Source of the DNA: an uncultured delta proteobacterium
GTDB taxonomy: Bacteria; Myxococcota; B64-G9
Reading direction: 5' to 3'
DNA length: 64,000 nt
Assembly: GCA_963754925.1 (NCBI GenBank)
Contig: CAVWHX010000004.1
Span: 640,001-704,000, forward strand
Below the pieces are notes generated by a model, which was not told the DNA's origin, did not search any database, and was given only the letters and a program-made list of their open reading frames with translations. This document shows, piece by piece, positions 1-8,693 of this stretch; position 1 is the first letter of the stretch, and each line of letters begins with the position of its first letter. Position numbers and translations under genes: made by a program.

Positions 1-356
1 CTGGTACTGTTGTCCGATCTCTTCGATCTCAACGCTGATCTTGTGTCCAGCCTGCGCTTGGTCGCGGCCCGAAAGCACGAGGTGGCGGTATTCCAGATAC
101 TCGACGCGGACGAGCTGTCTTTCCCGTTTGAGGATCCGGCGCTCTTTGCGTCAATGGAGGATGAGCGCACCATCGTGGCGTTTCCCGGGAGGTTCGGCGC
201 GCGTACCTTGAGGAACTCAATGCGTTTCTCTCTCATACCAGACAAGCGTTGGCAGAGGGCGCGGTGGCGTATCAACTCGTGCCCACGCGTGAGCCGCCCC
301 ACGTTCCCCTCATCCGCTACCTCACCGCGCGGAAGACCCATCACCCACCGTGCTGA
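1..356 (+). CDS. DUF58 family protein, C-terminal part (5' truncated by window; apparent frameshift near 186)
   Basis: LVLLSDLFD...HEVAVFQILDADELSFPFE is typical of DUF58. After tttcccggga the reading continues in another frame as EVRRAYLEELNAF...PPC to TGA 354-356. It lies directly upstream of a BatA/VWA gene. Confidence 0.75.
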
Positions 357-358
357 AT

Positions 359-2489
359 ATGAACGGATCAACCTTTCTTCACCCTGAACTGCTCTGGGGG
401 CTTGCGCTCGCCGCCCTGCCGATCCTCATTCATCTGATCAACCGCATCCGAGCCAAGCGAAAGGCCTTTGCGGCTATCGACTTTCTCCTGCGGGTCCAGC
501 GCCGTTCGGCGCGGCGTATATTGCTCCGCCGCCTCTTGCTGCTCCTGGTCCGCACCACGTTGGTGATGGCGCTTACACTCGCCGCCGCCGGATTGGTGCA
601 TCTGCCGCAGGGCGCGGTGGCAGTCAGCGGCCCGACAAGCCGAGCGCTGATTATCGACACCTCATTAAGCATGCTCCGCCACAACGGCAAGCGCCGGCTT
701 TTTGACCTGGCCATCGAGCATGCCGCTGCGGTGGTGCGTCGGATGACGCCGGGCGATTGCGCCGGATTAGTCCGGGCCGGCTTTTCTGGCATTCCGTCAG
801 AACAAGGAAATGCCCCAACGGATATCGAGGTTTTGGTGCAGCCCTGCCAGGATACTCCGGGGCCTTTGCTCAACGCCCTCGACCATATGCGACCGGGATT
901 TGGCGGCAGCAATCTGACGCAGGCTATCGAACGGGCGGCGCTCCTCCTAAAAACCGCTCCGGGGCCTAACCGCAAGATTATTCTCTTCACCGACAACGCA
1001 TCCCATGCGTTTGCGGGTCCCCCGCGCTTGTTACCCGACCAACCACCACCGGAGATAGAACTGGTCGATGTAGCGGAATCGCTTTCACGTAACAACCACG
1101 CCATCAGCGGGATCGAACTGCACCCGCAGGGCAACTCCTTCGAAATCCAAGTTACGATCAATAACTATTCAAACGCCCCTTCCCAGAACCTGCCGCTCGA
1201 GATTCGGCTTGGAGAACAAACAAGCACCCGCGGCTTTGTTGACCTGCCGGCTACGGGCACCGCAACAAAGATGTTTACGCTTTCCATGCCGCGCCTACGC
1301 ACCCTGGGGAGTGTGCGGCTTACCCCTGACGACTTGGCGCAGGACGACGAGCGGTTGTTCTTTCTCAACGGGAGCAGCATCGCGCGAGCAATATTAATTG
1401 ACGGCGATATGCGCAGCACGCTGCAACAAGATGAACTCTACTATGTTGAGCAGGCGCTGGCTCCGGTGGGCGAGCAAACATCGGGAATTTCTTTCATCGC
1501 GCTTACTCCCGAGCGCTTTCAGGAAACGCAGCTAGCGAAGACCAATGTGGTAATTTTGGCCAATGTGCGCGAGTTGGCGCCAGAAAAGATTTCGGCGCTC
1601 CGCCAGTTTGTTTCGAACGGCGGCGGTCTTATGATTGCCTTGGGTGACCAGGTGGACGTTGATCTCACCAACAGCCTCCTCACCGATTTGTTGCCCTGGA
1701 CCTTACGCGACATTGTCGTCCTGGGACCCGCGGATCCGGATGGCGTCCATCGGCAAGGCCTGGCTTTTGCCGCGGTTCCTGAAGATCACCCGCTCTTTTC
1801 GGCTTTTCCGGGCGAGCAGGGACAAGCGTTTGCGGGCATTCGCACCTACCAAGCGGCCATCCTCGAGCCCGGGCGCGCAGCACATACCACGCGCGTCCTG
1901 TTACGCTATCAGAACGGCTCGCCCGCTTTAGTGGAAGGTGCCGTAGGCGCCGGGCGGGTACTACTGTTTACTTCGACACTCGATCGCGACTGGACCAATT
2001 GGCCGACCAGAGCAAGCTTTCTCCCGTTCATGCAGCGGGTGATCTTCTACTTGTCGCGGCAACTGGATGAACGGCCGCCGCCCGAGATTGAAGTCGGCAA
2101 GCCCTTGAACTTTACTTTGGCGACGGAAGCGGACAGCGTTATCATACATAAACCAAGCGGCGAGTCGCGGAAGCTATCCTCCCATGAGATTTCCGGCCGG
2201 CAGATAACCTTCCGCGACACCGACGAGCCGGGTTGGTATAGCATCGAGCAGCGCAACCAGGGAACTATCCTGCGCGGCGCCACGGTACCGGGTTTCTCTG
2301 GTTCACCTGCCGCTGGCCGAGTCCGACCTGACCCCAATCACTCCCGAACGGCTGCAGGCGCTCTTTGGTAATAAGCTGCAGCTTACCGTCGCCAACGCGG
2401 GCGCCGAGATTTTACAACCACTGTCATATCTGTTCTTGCTGCTGGGATTGCTCTTGATACTGGCGGAGGGGTTTTTGGTTAGACGTTAG
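359..2489 (+). CDS. BatA N-terminal double-TM plus VWA domain membrane protein (apparent frameshift near 2300)
   Basis: FLHPELLWGLALAALPILIHLINR is a BatA motif and LIIDTSLSM a MIDAS-like motif. After ~2300 another frame gives VHLPLAESDLTPI...LSYLFLLLGLLLILAEGFLVRR*, the usual C-terminal TM, with TAG at 2487-2489. Confidence 0.8.
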
Positions 2490-2529
2490 AGGCTCTTACG
2501 AACGAAGTGAGTTAGAGCCTCTTATCCCC
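2488..2529. repeat. Palindromic repeat family, degenerate single unit
   Basis: Stem AGAGGCTCT/AGAGCCTCT around the loop TACGAACGAAGTGAGTT, followed by TATCCCC; same layout as the 29400 copy. Confidence 0.6.
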
Positions 2530-3522
2530 GTGAGAGGGTTAGAGGCTGTTTTTGAAGGATTTTAATCACTGACAGGTTATAAGGGTATGATCCTCTACTG
2601 TGATGTTGCCCGGCCCGTTATCGTTGCAAGTGCCAGTACCAACATACACCCAAACCGTTGTAACGCTATTGGGATCATTAGGACCTGCATACCAAGTATC
2701 GCCGTCGCACCTTCGGGGGCCAAAATAATACTCACCTGAGGCGAACCAGCCATTCCCTATATCAGTGTTGAATGTATGTCTGAAAGTCTGCGCACTTACG
2801 TACTGTTTCCCAATAGCGGTACAAAATTGGGAGTAATCAGAATTGAGTAATAGATCCGCTTCCCATTTGTTCGGAGTCGCGAATGATCCCACATAAAAAT
2901 AGGTTTGTTGTTGTTCGGCACTGCAAACGTAACTGGCTCCACTGGCAGACGTGATTTTCATACCACCATATTTACAATTAGTTCCTGCTGGTTCCGGTGC
3001 TGACGTCACCGATTCACCTTGAAGCACATACACCTGGGCAGAGGCTTGCCCACCAAAACGATTAATGACTAACGTAAATGCCCCAACAGTCAACAACGCC
3101 GGCAACAATATCTTCCCTGTCATGTTTGTATCTCCTCTTTGAAATATTAACCCATCTGCGGAGCTGAATACTTTACTTCCACCTTGATCGAGTTCGACAT
3201 CAGTGATGTTATTAAGGTAATTTCCAGTGATTACCCAGGAAGTTTGAAAGCGATGAGTCGCGAGCTGCGGGTTTTGTACTGCTGAAGTGTCACCAACCAC
3301 GGCCGCCGCAGTGCCATCTCCATCGATATTGGTAATCACCGGTATATCTACCGTATAGCACCAACCGTTGATTTCTGTGGCGCCCGCCAGGCACGAGCCG
3401 CACACCGCATCGCCATTGTTGTTGCTGCAGCTTCTCACCTGGTTGACACACGTTTGATCTTTGGCGCACGGATCGATTGGTTTACAGAGTTTATCCCCAT
3501 AATCCTTATAGTCAGTTGCACA

Positions 3523-5122
3523 GGGCCTGTTGCCCAAACCAATAGCATTCTCGATCAAAAATGATATCATCTGGAGCATCCAGGAGGTGCTTCGATGATG
3601 GGACATCAGCCACCCCCGCAGTCCAAACTCTTCTATACCGGATTCCAGTTGGACAAGCGAGTGCGACGTGACCATCCTCTGAGGAAGATTAGCACGGTTG
3701 TCGATTTCGATTTCACCTACAAAGAAGTGGTGGAAACATACGGCGATAACGGCAACGTCTCGGTGCCTCCTCCTGTTCTGCTCAAGCTCATGCTTCTATT
3801 GGTGTTCTACAATGTTCGTTCCGAGCGCGAGCTGATGGAGACGCTACCGGAGCGACTCGATTGGTTGTGGTTCCTTGGCTACGATCTGGATGATGAAGTA
3901 CCGAACCACAGCGTGCTTTCGAAAGCCCGGAAGCGCTGGGGACGTGAGTTGTTCCAGCGTTTCTTTGAGCGCGTGGTGAGGCAGTGTGTTGCGGCTGGAC
4001 TGGTTGACGGGCGCAAGATATTCGTCGATGCGAGCCTTATCGATGCGGATGCTTCGCAGGACTCGGTTGTGGATACGAGAGACCTGAACGAGCAGCTGTC
4101 AAAGAAGTATCGGCAACTCGAAGCACGGCTCGACGAAGCGCCGAGCGCGAGAGAACCGGGACCGTACACCGAAGAGAACCTGCGCTATGTATCGGCAACC
4201 GATCCGGATGCGGCGTTGATGAAGCGCGGGGAGTCGAAGTTGCGGTACCAGAGTCATCGAGCGGTCGAAGGCAGCAGCGAGATTATCACAGCGACGGCGT
4301 TGACCCCGGGTGATGTAAGCGAAGACCAGTTATTGATGGTGCTTAAGGAAGACCACGAGGCGACCACGGGGGAGTTGGTTCAGACGGTAGTTGCAGACAG
4401 CAAGTATGGAACGAAAGAGAACTACCTGGCGTGCCGGGATGCGGGAATTCAGGCGCACATTCCGGCATTTCAGGGAGGTACAGACAAGCGTTTGGAGAAG
4501 CGCGGCTTGTTTATGGAAGACCGCTTTGTGTTTGACGCCAAACGGGACGTGTTTGTGTGCCCCGCGAGCCAGGAGTTGAGGCGTAGGACCGTGCACGCCC
4601 GTCGGCAGAGCATAGAATATGCCGCTTCGAAGCGAATCTGCGCGATGTGCGAATTGAGAGACCAGTGTACGACGAGTAAGTCTGGTCGAACAGTTCACCG
4701 GCATCTTCGTCAGGATGAGTTGGACGAGATGGTGAGAGCTTCGAAATCGACGTTGTCGCGTCGGGATCTCGCGCGTCGGCAGCATGTGTGCGAAGGGTCG
4801 TTTGGCGCAGCGAAGCGGTACGGTTACAAACGCGCGCGCTGGCGCCGACTGTGGCGAGTAGAAATCCAGAACTATCTTATCTGCACCATACAGAACATCA
4901 CCAAGTTGATCAAACACCGCAACAAGCGCTGTTACGCGGCGGCCAGTCTTCATTCAGATTGGAGCTATGATCTGTTGATGTCAGGTCTTCAGAAGTTTCG
5001 GTGCAATGTACATCGCTTATTCTGGTACATCAAAGAAGTGCGGGTTATTTGTGTCATACAAACAGATCCAGCATAGGGATGAATGGATGAGCACGATAAA
5101 AAGTTATTCGGGCAACAGGCCC
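3523..5122 (+). mobile_element. IS1182-family insertion sequence, 1600 bp
   Basis: Terminal inverted repeats GGGCCTGTTGCCCAAA (3523-3538) and TTCGGGCAACAGGCCC (5107-5122). Target duplication CACA at 3519-3522 and 5123-5126. Confidence 0.92.
3595..5076 (+). CDS. IS1182-family DDE transposase
   Basis: DHPLRKI, PPPVLLKLMLL...SERELME, PNHSVLSKARKR, FVDASLIDADAS, TDPDA, ADSKY, Cys-rich C-terminal region and EGSFGAAKR match the DUF772 + DDE_Tnp_1_6 layout. Confidence 0.9.
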   Translation: MMGHQPPPQSKLFYTGFQLDKRVRRDHPLRKISTVVDFDFTYKEVVETYGDNGNVSVPPPVLLKLMLLLVFYNVRSERELMETLPERLDWLWFLGYDLDDEVPNHSVLSKARKRWGRELFQRFFERVVRQCVAAGLVDGRKIFVDASLIDADASQDSVVDTRDLNEQLSKKYRQLEARLDEAPSAREPGPYTEENLRYVSATDPDAALMKRGESKLRYQSHRAVEGSSEIITATALTPGDVSEDQLLMVLKEDHEATTGELVQTVVADSKYGTKENYLACRDAGIQAHIPAFQGGTDKRLEKRGLFMEDRFVFDAKRDVFVCPASQELRRRTVHARRQSIEYAASKRICAMCELRDQCTTSKSGRTVHRHLRQDELDEMVRASKSTLSRRDLARRQHVCEGSFGAAKRYGYKRARWRRLWRVEIQNYLICTIQNITKLIKHRNKRCYAAASLHSDWSYDLLMSGLQKFRCNVHRLFWYIKEVRVICVIQTDPA

Positions 5123-5364
5123 CACATGTTTGGCACCTGTCACCCGTGTACCCCTCGTTGCACATACACGAGCCCGTATCGATCACACAGGCCCCCTGAC
5201 CATTACAGTAATCAGCATTATCGCAATTTTTTGATTTACTTGAACAACCTATAACACACCAAAAGAAACCCAGAATTATGAAGCTGAAGTAAAATCTTGA
5301 ATTGCTCATCATAATCCTGCCTCCTCGGCACGTGATAGAATTGATACTCAAATGATTTATATCA

Positions 5365-5393
5365 ATTATCATTCCAGCAGTAGCTATTGTCAA
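5365..5393 (-). promoter_or_regulatory. Sigma70-type promoter for the EGF-like lipoprotein gene
   Basis: Minus strand TTGACA-17 nt-GATAAT, about 50 nt upstream of the start codon. Confidence 0.55.
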
Positions 5394-5487
5394 GAAAACC
5401 TCAATCAGACCACGCTGTTAACATTCCTGGCGCAAGGCGCCCTAAACGTGATTATTGAAAAAGCAGGCACTAAGAAAAGGCAACCGG

Positions 5488-6447
5488 CTACTGGTCGAGC
5501 CTATCCCCATTCCGGATGGTTCTCCCCACGACGACGGCTTTCGCTTCCATGCGCTTTTTACCTTCCAACTGAACCTCGACCAATCGTAGCCAGCCGTCGC
5601 CGGTGCGAACCAAGAGGAGTTGCCCGTCCACTGCTGCTGTTCCCGGTGCAACATCGCCTGCGGTCACGGTGGGGGCGAGCACTGCGGGAGTAGCGCGATG
5701 AATTTTAAAGAGCTTACCATTCAGGTAGGTAAACGCGCCCGGCCAGGGTTGCACTCCTCGAATGAGGTTATGTATCGTCATGGTCGAGGCTCCCCAATCA
5801 ATACACCCGTCTTCTTTTTGAAGCGCGCGCGCCCAGATTACCTGACTCGTGTCTTGCGGCCGTGGGGTGAGGTGACCTCGCTCATAACGTTCGAGGGCCT
5901 GTACCGAGAGCCGCCCGCCGAGTTGCGCCAATGTATCGTGCAGCTCCTGCGCGGTAGTTTCACGCGAGAGAGGTTGGGACTCTTGCAACAGAATATCCCC
6001 GTCGTCTAAGCGTGGCGTCACCTGAAAGATGGTGACGCCCGTTACCTCATCGCCGTTGATCAAGGTCCACTGAATGGGTGCCGCGCCGCGATACCGCGGG
6101 AGTAACGATGGGTGAACATTTATAAACCCGAAGCGGGGCAGTTCCAGTACCGGTTTCGGGAGAAGCTGGCCAAAGGCGGCGACCACAGCGATATCCGGGT
6201 TGAACCGGCGCAGGTGGTCGAGAAATGCTGTGCCCTTTAATGTTTCCGGTTGCAATACTGGCACCGCGCGATCCTTCGCCCACTGTTTGACCGGCGGCGG
6301 CTGCCGCTCCAAACCGCGGCCCTTGGGGCGATCCGGTTGGCAGACCACCGCCATCGGCATGCGGCCGGCGCGCTCAAGGGCGTCAAGAATCGGAAGGGCA
6401 AACGCGGGGGTACCAAAAAAGACATGGGAAATCGGCATAGCGGTCAT
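5488..6447 (-). CDS. fmt: Methionyl-tRNA formyltransferase
   Basis: FFGTPAFA, QPDRPKGRG, INVHPSLLPRYRGAAPIQW; overlaps def by 4 nt. Confidence 0.96.
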   Translation of the reverse strand: MTAMPISHVFFGTPAFALPILDALERAGRMPMAVVCQPDRPKGRGLERQPPPVKQWAKDRAVPVLQPETLKGTAFLDHLRRFNPDIAVVAAFGQLLPKPVLELPRFGFINVHPSLLPRYRGAAPIQWTLINGDEVTGVTIFQVTPRLDDGDILLQESQPLSRETTAQELHDTLAQLGGRLSVQALERYERGHLTPRPQDTSQVIWARALQKEDGCIDWGASTMTIHNLIRGVQPWPGAFTYLNGKLFKIHRATPAVLAPTVTAGDVAPGTAAVDGQLLLVRTGDGWLRLVEVQLEGKKRMEAKAVVVGRTIRNGDRLDQ

Positions 6448-6962
6448 CCATTGCTGCCATTCTTGACTCGCTTCTTCAACCTCCGCGTAACCAGGGAGCG
6501 CTTGAGCCGGGATATATGATCCACGAATAAGATTCCGTTGATGTGATCGATCTCATGTTGCAATGCAACGGCCAGCAATCCCTGACCGGTAATCTCGAAG
6601 CTGCTACCAGTGCGATCAAACGCCTTCACCGTTACCTCTGAAGGACGTCGCACCTCGGCCATTTCTTCTGGAAAAGACAGACAGCCTTCCTCTCGCTCGC
6701 TCTGCTCTTCCGAGACCGCCACCACTTCTGGATTGACTAACTCAATCAGGTGCGGAGTGCCTTCTTTTTGCGCTACGTCGATTACGATGACGCATACGGT
6801 TTCGCCAATTTGAGACGCCGCCAAACCGACACCCTCGTGGGCATACATCGTTTCAGCCAGATCGTCGATCAATCCTGAAAGCGTACCATCAAAATGCTCA
6901 ACGGGAACGCACTGTCGCCGAAGCACCGGATCCGGATAAATATACAACTTCCGAACTGCCAT
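6444..6962 (-). CDS. def: Peptide deformylase
   Basis: Motifs GVGLAASQIG, EGCLS and QHEIDH. Confidence 0.97.
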   Translation of the reverse strand: MAVRKLYIYPDPVLRRQCVPVEHFDGTLSGLIDDLAETMYAHEGVGLAASQIGETVCVIVIDVAQKEGTPHLIELVNPEVVAVSEEQSEREEGCLSFPEEMAEVRRPSEVTVKAFDRTGSSFEITGQGLLAVALQHEIDHINGILFVDHISRLKRSLVTRRLKKRVKNGSNG

Positions 6963-6980
6963 CTACTTGAATCTCCTTCC

Positions 6981-7430
6981 TCATCCCACCAGCTTATCCA
7001 ACATCGCCTCCTGCACCAAACCAATTTGGCGGGCGACCTCCCTGCCCCCGCGAAAAACGATCAGTGTTGGGATGCTCTGGATGGCAAATTGTCCTGGCAC
7101 CTGTGGGTTGTCCTGGGTGTCGAGCTTGGCCACGAGAACCTGCCCTGACCGGCGTTTTGCAAAGTTCTCCAGAGTCGGGCCCATTACCCGACAGGGGCCG
7201 CACCACGGGGCCCAAAAATCCACCAGCACCGGAAGGTGCGTGTGTCGAACAAATTCTTCGAAATTTTGATCCGACAATCTAATTGGCTGGTCGATAGGAG
7301 GTAACGGGGTGTGACAAGCCCCACAGGTCGGCTGCTCCCTCGTCCGCTCGACGGGAATGCCATTGATCCGATCGCACTGTCGGCACCGCACGTGGATCTT
7401 GCCATTGCGAAAGGTCAGTTCGGCAGTCAA
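6981..7430 (-). CDS. trxC: Thioredoxin 2 (Zn-finger thioredoxin)
   Basis: N-terminal CRQC...CGAC and active site WAPWCGPC. Likely TTG start at 7430 behind AAGGAGG. Confidence 0.9.
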   Translation of the reverse strand: MTAELTFRNGKIHVRCRQCDRINGIPVERTREQPTCGACHTPLPPIDQPIRLSDQNFEEFVRHTHLPVLVDFWAPWCGPCRVMGPTLENFAKRRSGQVLVAKLDTQDNPQVPGQFAIQSIPTLIVFRGGREVARQIGLVQEAMLDKLVG

Positions 7431-7447
7431 GCAATAACCTCCTTGGA

Positions 7448-7609
7448 TCAATCACCCTTTTCAAATAGGCTCTTGTCGGCGCCACAAACAGGGCAGACCC
7501 AATTGTCCGGTAAGTCCTCAAAAGCGGTTCCCGGTGCTACGCCGTTTTCGGGATCACCCTTTTTAGGGTCGTACACATAACCGCACACACCGCAAACATA
7601 TTTACTCAT
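7448..7609 (-). CDS. Rubredoxin (53 aa, absent from the ORF track)
   Basis: [53 protein letters not shown], with RBS AAGGAGGAG. Confidence 0.95.
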   Translation of the reverse strand: MSKYVCGVCGYVYDPKKGDPENGVAPGTAFEDLPDNWVCPVCGADKSLFEKGD

Positions 7610-7684
7610 TTCTCCTCCTTTCCGGACGATCGTTACGATACCGTATTGGTCTGTAGTCTTTAACTAAAACGTCGCCAACGCGAT

Positions 7685-8116
7685 TCACACCATCCAAGCC
7701 TGACGAGCTTCCAAACGCGAATCCCTGATTACATCGGCCAGTGATGTTGTCTCAAGCACGCTGAACATATGCTCTTCAGCATCGTGAAACGTCTGCCGGA
7801 CCGGACAATCTGATCTGCCTTCACAGCATCGATTTTTGTCTTGGCAATCATAACCCAACAGGTCGGATTCAACCGCCCGAATCACTTCGGCCAGGCTGAT
7901 TTCTTCGGGTTCGCGAGCCAGTTTGAAGCCGCCATGTTTACCTCGGGTCGAGCGGACCAATCCTCGCCGTGCAAGTTTCTGAAAAACCTTCGCAAGATAG
8001 CTCTCAGAAACGTGTTGTTTGCCTGCCATTTCGGAGACAAGCAGCAAATCAGGGTGCCTTACAGCCAGCTGCCAGAGACTATGAAGCGCTAAATCGGTCG
8101 ATTTGGAAAATCTCAT
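7685..8116 (-). CDS. Rrf2-family transcriptional regulator with Cys ligands
   Basis: MRFSKSTDLALH, SESYLAKVFQKL, LVRSTRGKHGGFKLAREPEEISLAEVIRAVE, followed by C-x5-CC-x5-C. Confidence 0.92.
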   Translation of the reverse strand: MRFSKSTDLALHSLWQLAVRHPDLLLVSEMAGKQHVSESYLAKVFQKLARRGLVRSTRGKHGGFKLAREPEEISLAEVIRAVESDLLGYDCQDKNRCCEGRSDCPVRQTFHDAEEHMFSVLETTSLADVIRDSRLEARQAWMV

Positions 8117-8242
8117 CAGTACTAAGCTCTCTTTCTTTTTAAGATTACAAGACTCTACTTGTCGGAATATAAGCTGCCTCATATATACTGTCAACTGATA
8201 GCCCCATCTCTAGTCGTTCGGGGCGATCTCTAATCCCCTTCG

Positions 8243-8311
8243 GGGATAAGAGACTGTCCACAGGATAAGAGATTGTTGCCGAGCGAAGCGAGGCTTACAA
8301 TGTCTTGTCCC
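8243..8311. repeat. Palindromic repeat family copy with duplicated left arm
   Basis: GGGATAAGAGACTGT-CCACA-GGATAAGAGATTGT-TGCCGAGCGAAGCGAGGCTT-ACAATGTCTTGTCCC. Confidence 0.75.
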
Positions 8312-8498
8312 TCTAGGGGTGAATGATCTTCGCATAGTCAGCTCCTTGTATCGCTAAAAACGCTTGAGGCAGAACGGTTGCGTTGGTTAGACGTAGTATC
8401 TTGCAACATTTTCATTGTTGCCGGGAGTGGGTATTCTGTCAAGTCATCTATAGCCGCTCTAAGACAGGCTGCGCCTCCGGGTTTTAAATCCGAAATCA

Positions 8499-8527
8499 TT
8501 GACATAGATCTTGCGAATGACTATTAA
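8499..8527 (+). promoter_or_regulatory. Putative sigma70 promoter upstream of fluoride riboswitch 1
   Basis: TTGACA (8499-8504)-17 nt-TATTAA. Confidence 0.45.
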
Positions 8528-8544
8528 TATACCGATAATTTGAT

Positions 8545-8599
8545 GGTGGTGGAGTCCGCCAAAAACCGCCGCACATTTTATGTGGCCGATGACTCCTAC
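8545..8599 (+). promoter_or_regulatory. Fluoride (crcB-motif) riboswitch 1
   Basis: GGTGGTGGAGTCCGCC-AAAAACCGCC...GGCCGATGACTCCTAC fits the GGYGRUGGAGUYCGCC...GCYRAUGACUCCUAC pattern, with the GGAGT/ACTCC pseudoknot pairing. Confidence 0.9.
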
Positions 8600-8624
8600 G
8601 GGGCTGTACTTCTGTAGGAGTTTT
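8592..8624 (+). terminator. Intrinsic terminator forming the expression platform of riboswitch 1
   Basis: ACTCCTACGGGG-ctgta-CTTCTGTAGGAGT followed by TTT; it sequesters the 3' pseudoknot strand. Confidence 0.75.
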
Positions 8625-8693
8625 CGCGTTTAAAACTAACGTCAGCCCTGGGCAGGATATCGGTGCGCACGCAATGTGCGGGGAGGCTGGCAG

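Larger units (their letters stand above)
2566..5312 (-). pseudogene. Cys-rich EGF-like-repeat lipoprotein gene (~380 aa when rejoined), interrupted by an IS1182-family element
   Basis: The 5' part (5312-5123) is MMSNSRF...CVIGC (lipobox-like) plus CNGQGACVIDTGSCMCNEGYTGDRCQTC. The 3' part (3518-2566) starts ATDYKDYGDKLC. Removing 3523-5122 and one CACA gives 1143 nt in a single frame. Confidence 0.85.

Noticed and set aside
2566..3675. ORF-track proteins 2566..3675 and 4989..5393 as independent genes
   Set aside because: Each is a chimera of IS end sequence and half of the interrupted lipoprotein gene.
8210..8335. 41-codon minus-strand ORF with an AAGGAG RBS upstream of rrf2 (MRRSFTPRG...)
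   Set aside because: More than half of it is the palindromic repeat and it has no recognisable motif, so it cannot be supported as a gene or leader peptide.
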